Assembly (NCBI GenBank): GCA_017617445.1
Contig: JAFZWE010000012.1
Location: 50,818-114,817 of the forward strand
DNA: 64,000 nucleotides
Origin: Bacteroidales bacterium
GTDB taxonomy: Bacteria; Bacteroidota; Bacteroidia; Bacteroidales; WCHB1-69
Direction: 5' to 3'
Part shown: positions 61,980 to 64,000 of the stretch, one piece after another
Position numbering within the stretch: position 1 is the stretch's first letter
Layout: every line of letters begins with the position of its first letter
Program-made: the position numbers and the translations under genes
The notes under the pieces: model-generated
What the model was told of the DNA's origin: nothing
Databases searched by the model: none
Seen by the model: only the letters and a program-made list of their open reading frames with translations

Positions 61980-63998
61980 TCATCGAACAAGCGTCACAGT
62001 GCCCACAGCCTCAAACTCACCATCAGCACCATACGTGTAGGAAATGCGGTAGATATAGCAGGCGGGCGGCATCAGGTTGCCATTGTAGCCTCCGTTCCAC
62101 CCAGTATAGGGATCTGTGGTATGGAACAACAACACGCCTTCACGGGAATATATATACATATTGTAATTCTCCATGGTGACGTACGAATTCACAGGAAGGA
62201 AAACCGAATTGATCCCGCCCGTGCGCGGACAGAACGCATTGGGAATATAGGTTTGGGGCAGCTGTTTGACAATGACAGTGTTTGACCGGCTTTTTTCCAT
62301 AAAACCGTAAGAGTCTGCAATTTCCTCTGCCTCAACAAAATAAGAAAACCCCTCCCCTTCTCGGCGAATATGAGTGACATCATCATCATAGCGATTGGCT
62401 GACAGGGCACCTCCCACCATTTCAAAATCCGTATCCGCCTCGCTTTTGCGAAAGAGCTGGTAACCGCTTGCACCAATTTCCCATCCGTCATACGAGTTCC
62501 ATTCCAACGTGTTGGTACGGCTTTCATTATCCTGTCTCCCCCGCAGCAAAATATTGTGCGAAATGTTGGAAAATGCCGTCTCCAGATCACAGTCGTTCTC
62601 CACGGAGGCTTTATAATAATAGAGGATTCTGTCCACCTGTAAATCTCTATCATCCAGAAAGACATACTCATCGGTCCCATTATTTTCCATCACGTCAAGG
62701 TGCACGAAATGGAGATCATCCCCCACGCTTCGGTACAGATGGACCCTCTGGAAAGAGACCGTAGTGCCCGTGGAGACTTTGATTTCCAGATTTTTGTTGT
62801 CCACTACGGAGACATACCGAATATAGGCGAAATCCTGATTGTCCTGAGAGTTGAAAGTGAAGGAGCACTGATCCGATGCAGCTGTCACATTGCCTCCGTA
62901 ATTGACGGCACGTACAATGCAAACATAACGGCTTTGGGGAGTTAGCCCGCTGAGCGTATAGGAGGTCTGGTTCCCCGCGGTTTCCCCGGCATAGAGGAAT
63001 GGGCCTCCATTTTCAGAACAATATACACGGTAAAACTCCACATCCATGGGAAGATTCTCATACTCATCCCAAGACAGATAAGCTTCCCTGCGGCACAAAT
63101 CATGAGTGGATGTCATCCTGATGGAGTGCTGGACATCGCTCATCGGGCTGGAGTTCATACAGCTGTCCAATGCAGCGATGCGGTAATGCTGGGGGGTATT
63201 GGGGGAATTCACCCCGTCGACCCAGGTGGTATTATTGATACCGAACACCGTATCAACGGGAATCCAGAGGGAATTTTCCAAATGATAAATGATGTAAGCG
63301 AAGGCATCCGGTGCCCAAGAGGGTTCCCAGCCCAGCCGGATTCGGGAGGTGTTCACCTCAACTGAAACGCTGTCCAACTGCGGGATGTCGGGTGGGAAAC
63401 CATCGGAAAAGACATCGCTGAGGAAACGCGACACACTACGGCAACCAGACTCGTCGGCCATCTCTACTCGGTACGACAACGACCCCGCGCAGATGGATAT
63501 CGTGTCTCGATAAATGAACTGCCCCGTGCTGCCCAACATCTGCCAGCTTCCAGGAGGATACTCACAAAAGATCTCATAATCCCCAGTAGCAGTCTGCACC
63601 TCAGGATTGTGCATGGGAGACCAACTCAAAATGGCCAAACCATTGTTCTGATTGGTCAAATATAATTCCAGTGTACAAAGGGTGTCCGAGGAAGCGGATG
63701 CTGTAGCCGAGCAAGCAGCGACAAAATAGTAACACTGTGCTTGGTTGATAGCATCAGCAGATGCGTGTAAGTATGTGTTTATTTGAGAATTACCAACTTG
63801 ATAAATCCTACTGAAATTCTGACCATCTGTAGAAAACCAAACCTCATAACGGTCAAAGTCAGCAGTATTGACCGGAATCCACGTGAGGGTGACCCCGCCA
63901 GCATCATCCACAGACAGGCACCGCAGGCTGGGCGGATCAATGGCCGCCGCCCGTAAGGTGCAAATCAACAGTCCAACGAAAAACAACAGTTTTTTCAC
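61980..63998 (-). CDS. T9SS type B (gliding-motility CHU_C) sorting-domain surface protein with Fn3/Ig-like repeats
   Basis: The 672-aa ORF has the signal peptide 'MKKLLFFVGLLICTLRAAA'. The C-terminal domain is 'IPNAFCPRTGGINSVFLP...MYIYSREGVLLF...WNGGYNG...YIYRISY'. Confidence 0.8.
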   Translation of the reverse strand: MKKLLFFVGLLICTLRAAAIDPPSLRCLSVDDAGGVTLTWIPVNTADFDRYEVWFSTDGQNFSRIYQVGNSQINTYLHASADAINQAQCYYFVAACSATASASSDTLCTLELYLTNQNNGLAILSWSPMHNPEVQTATGDYEIFCEYPPGSWQMLGSTGQFIYRDTISICAGSLSYRVEMADESGCRSVSRFLSDVFSDGFPPDIPQLDSVSVEVNTSRIRLGWEPSWAPDAFAYIIYHLENSLWIPVDTVFGINNTTWVDGVNSPNTPQHYRIAALDSCMNSSPMSDVQHSIRMTSTHDLCRREAYLSWDEYENLPMDVEFYRVYCSENGGPFLYAGETAGNQTSYTLSGLTPQSRYVCIVRAVNYGGNVTAASDQCSFTFNSQDNQDFAYIRYVSVVDNKNLEIKVSTGTTVSFQRVHLYRSVGDDLHFVHLDVMENNGTDEYVFLDDRDLQVDRILYYYKASVENDCDLETAFSNISHNILLRGRQDNESRTNTLEWNSYDGWEIGASGYQLFRKSEADTDFEMVGGALSANRYDDDVTHIRREGEGFSYFVEAEEIADSYGFMEKSRSNTVIVKQLPQTYIPNAFCPRTGGINSVFLPVNSYVTMENYNMYIYSREGVLLFHTTDPYTGWNGGYNGNLMPPACYIYRISYTYGADGEFEAVGTVTLVR

Positions 63999-64000
63999 GG

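Noticed and set aside
1-64000. Scan for CRISPR arrays, rRNA, transposases, integrases, phage genes and toxin-antitoxin pairs
   Set aside because: I found none by eye. There are no regularly spaced direct repeats and no DDE, tyrosine or serine recombinase motifs. The window behaves as core chromosome apart from the kinase/caspase operon.

Overview
This 64 kb window looks like core chromosome of a Bacteroidota (Bacteroidia-type) organism. The phylum call rests on four things. TAnnTTTG -7 promoter boxes sit in front of most transcription units. RpoD is the 287-aa form. GldH is present together with both type A and type B T9SS C-terminal sorting domains. The short-GlgA / DUF4270-like / GlmS gene triad is also present. 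I call 58 protein-coding genes (one truncated at the left edge and one 29-codon gene missing from the ORF track) and one tRNA(CAT). I saw no rRNA, CRISPR array, transposase or integrase. Most genes are housekeeping: aroA, glmS, ilvE, apt, rimO, gcvT, atpFHAG, recG, kdsA, tex, rpoD, korAB, kbl, rpe, deoC, HU, rng, surE, truB, anmK, fumC, rocD and gldH. The stand-out region is a tightly packed six-gene minus-strand operon at about 33.1-39.8 kb. Its gene order is FHA-2TM-Zn ribbon, an acidic single-TM protein with DxDxDG loops, Zn ribbon-FHA, membrane PP2C phosphatase, a signal-peptide caspase (C14) protease with an intact His/Cys dyad, and a Hanks Ser/Thr kinase with a YD-like repeat ectodomain. 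Promoter boxes and a strong terminator bracket it. I know of no characterised system with this composition, so I flag it as a candidate phospho-regulated protease (conflict or envelope-surveillance) module. Secondary observations include a GNAT-CutC fusion, an atpFHAG unit lacking atpB/atpE, and an orphan CoA-transferase A subunit. Others are a bS22-like micro-ORF, a secreted beta-helix gene trio, a dispersed hairpin repeat and a direct-repeat-flanked hairpin. All family calls come from motifs read by eye; no database search was run.
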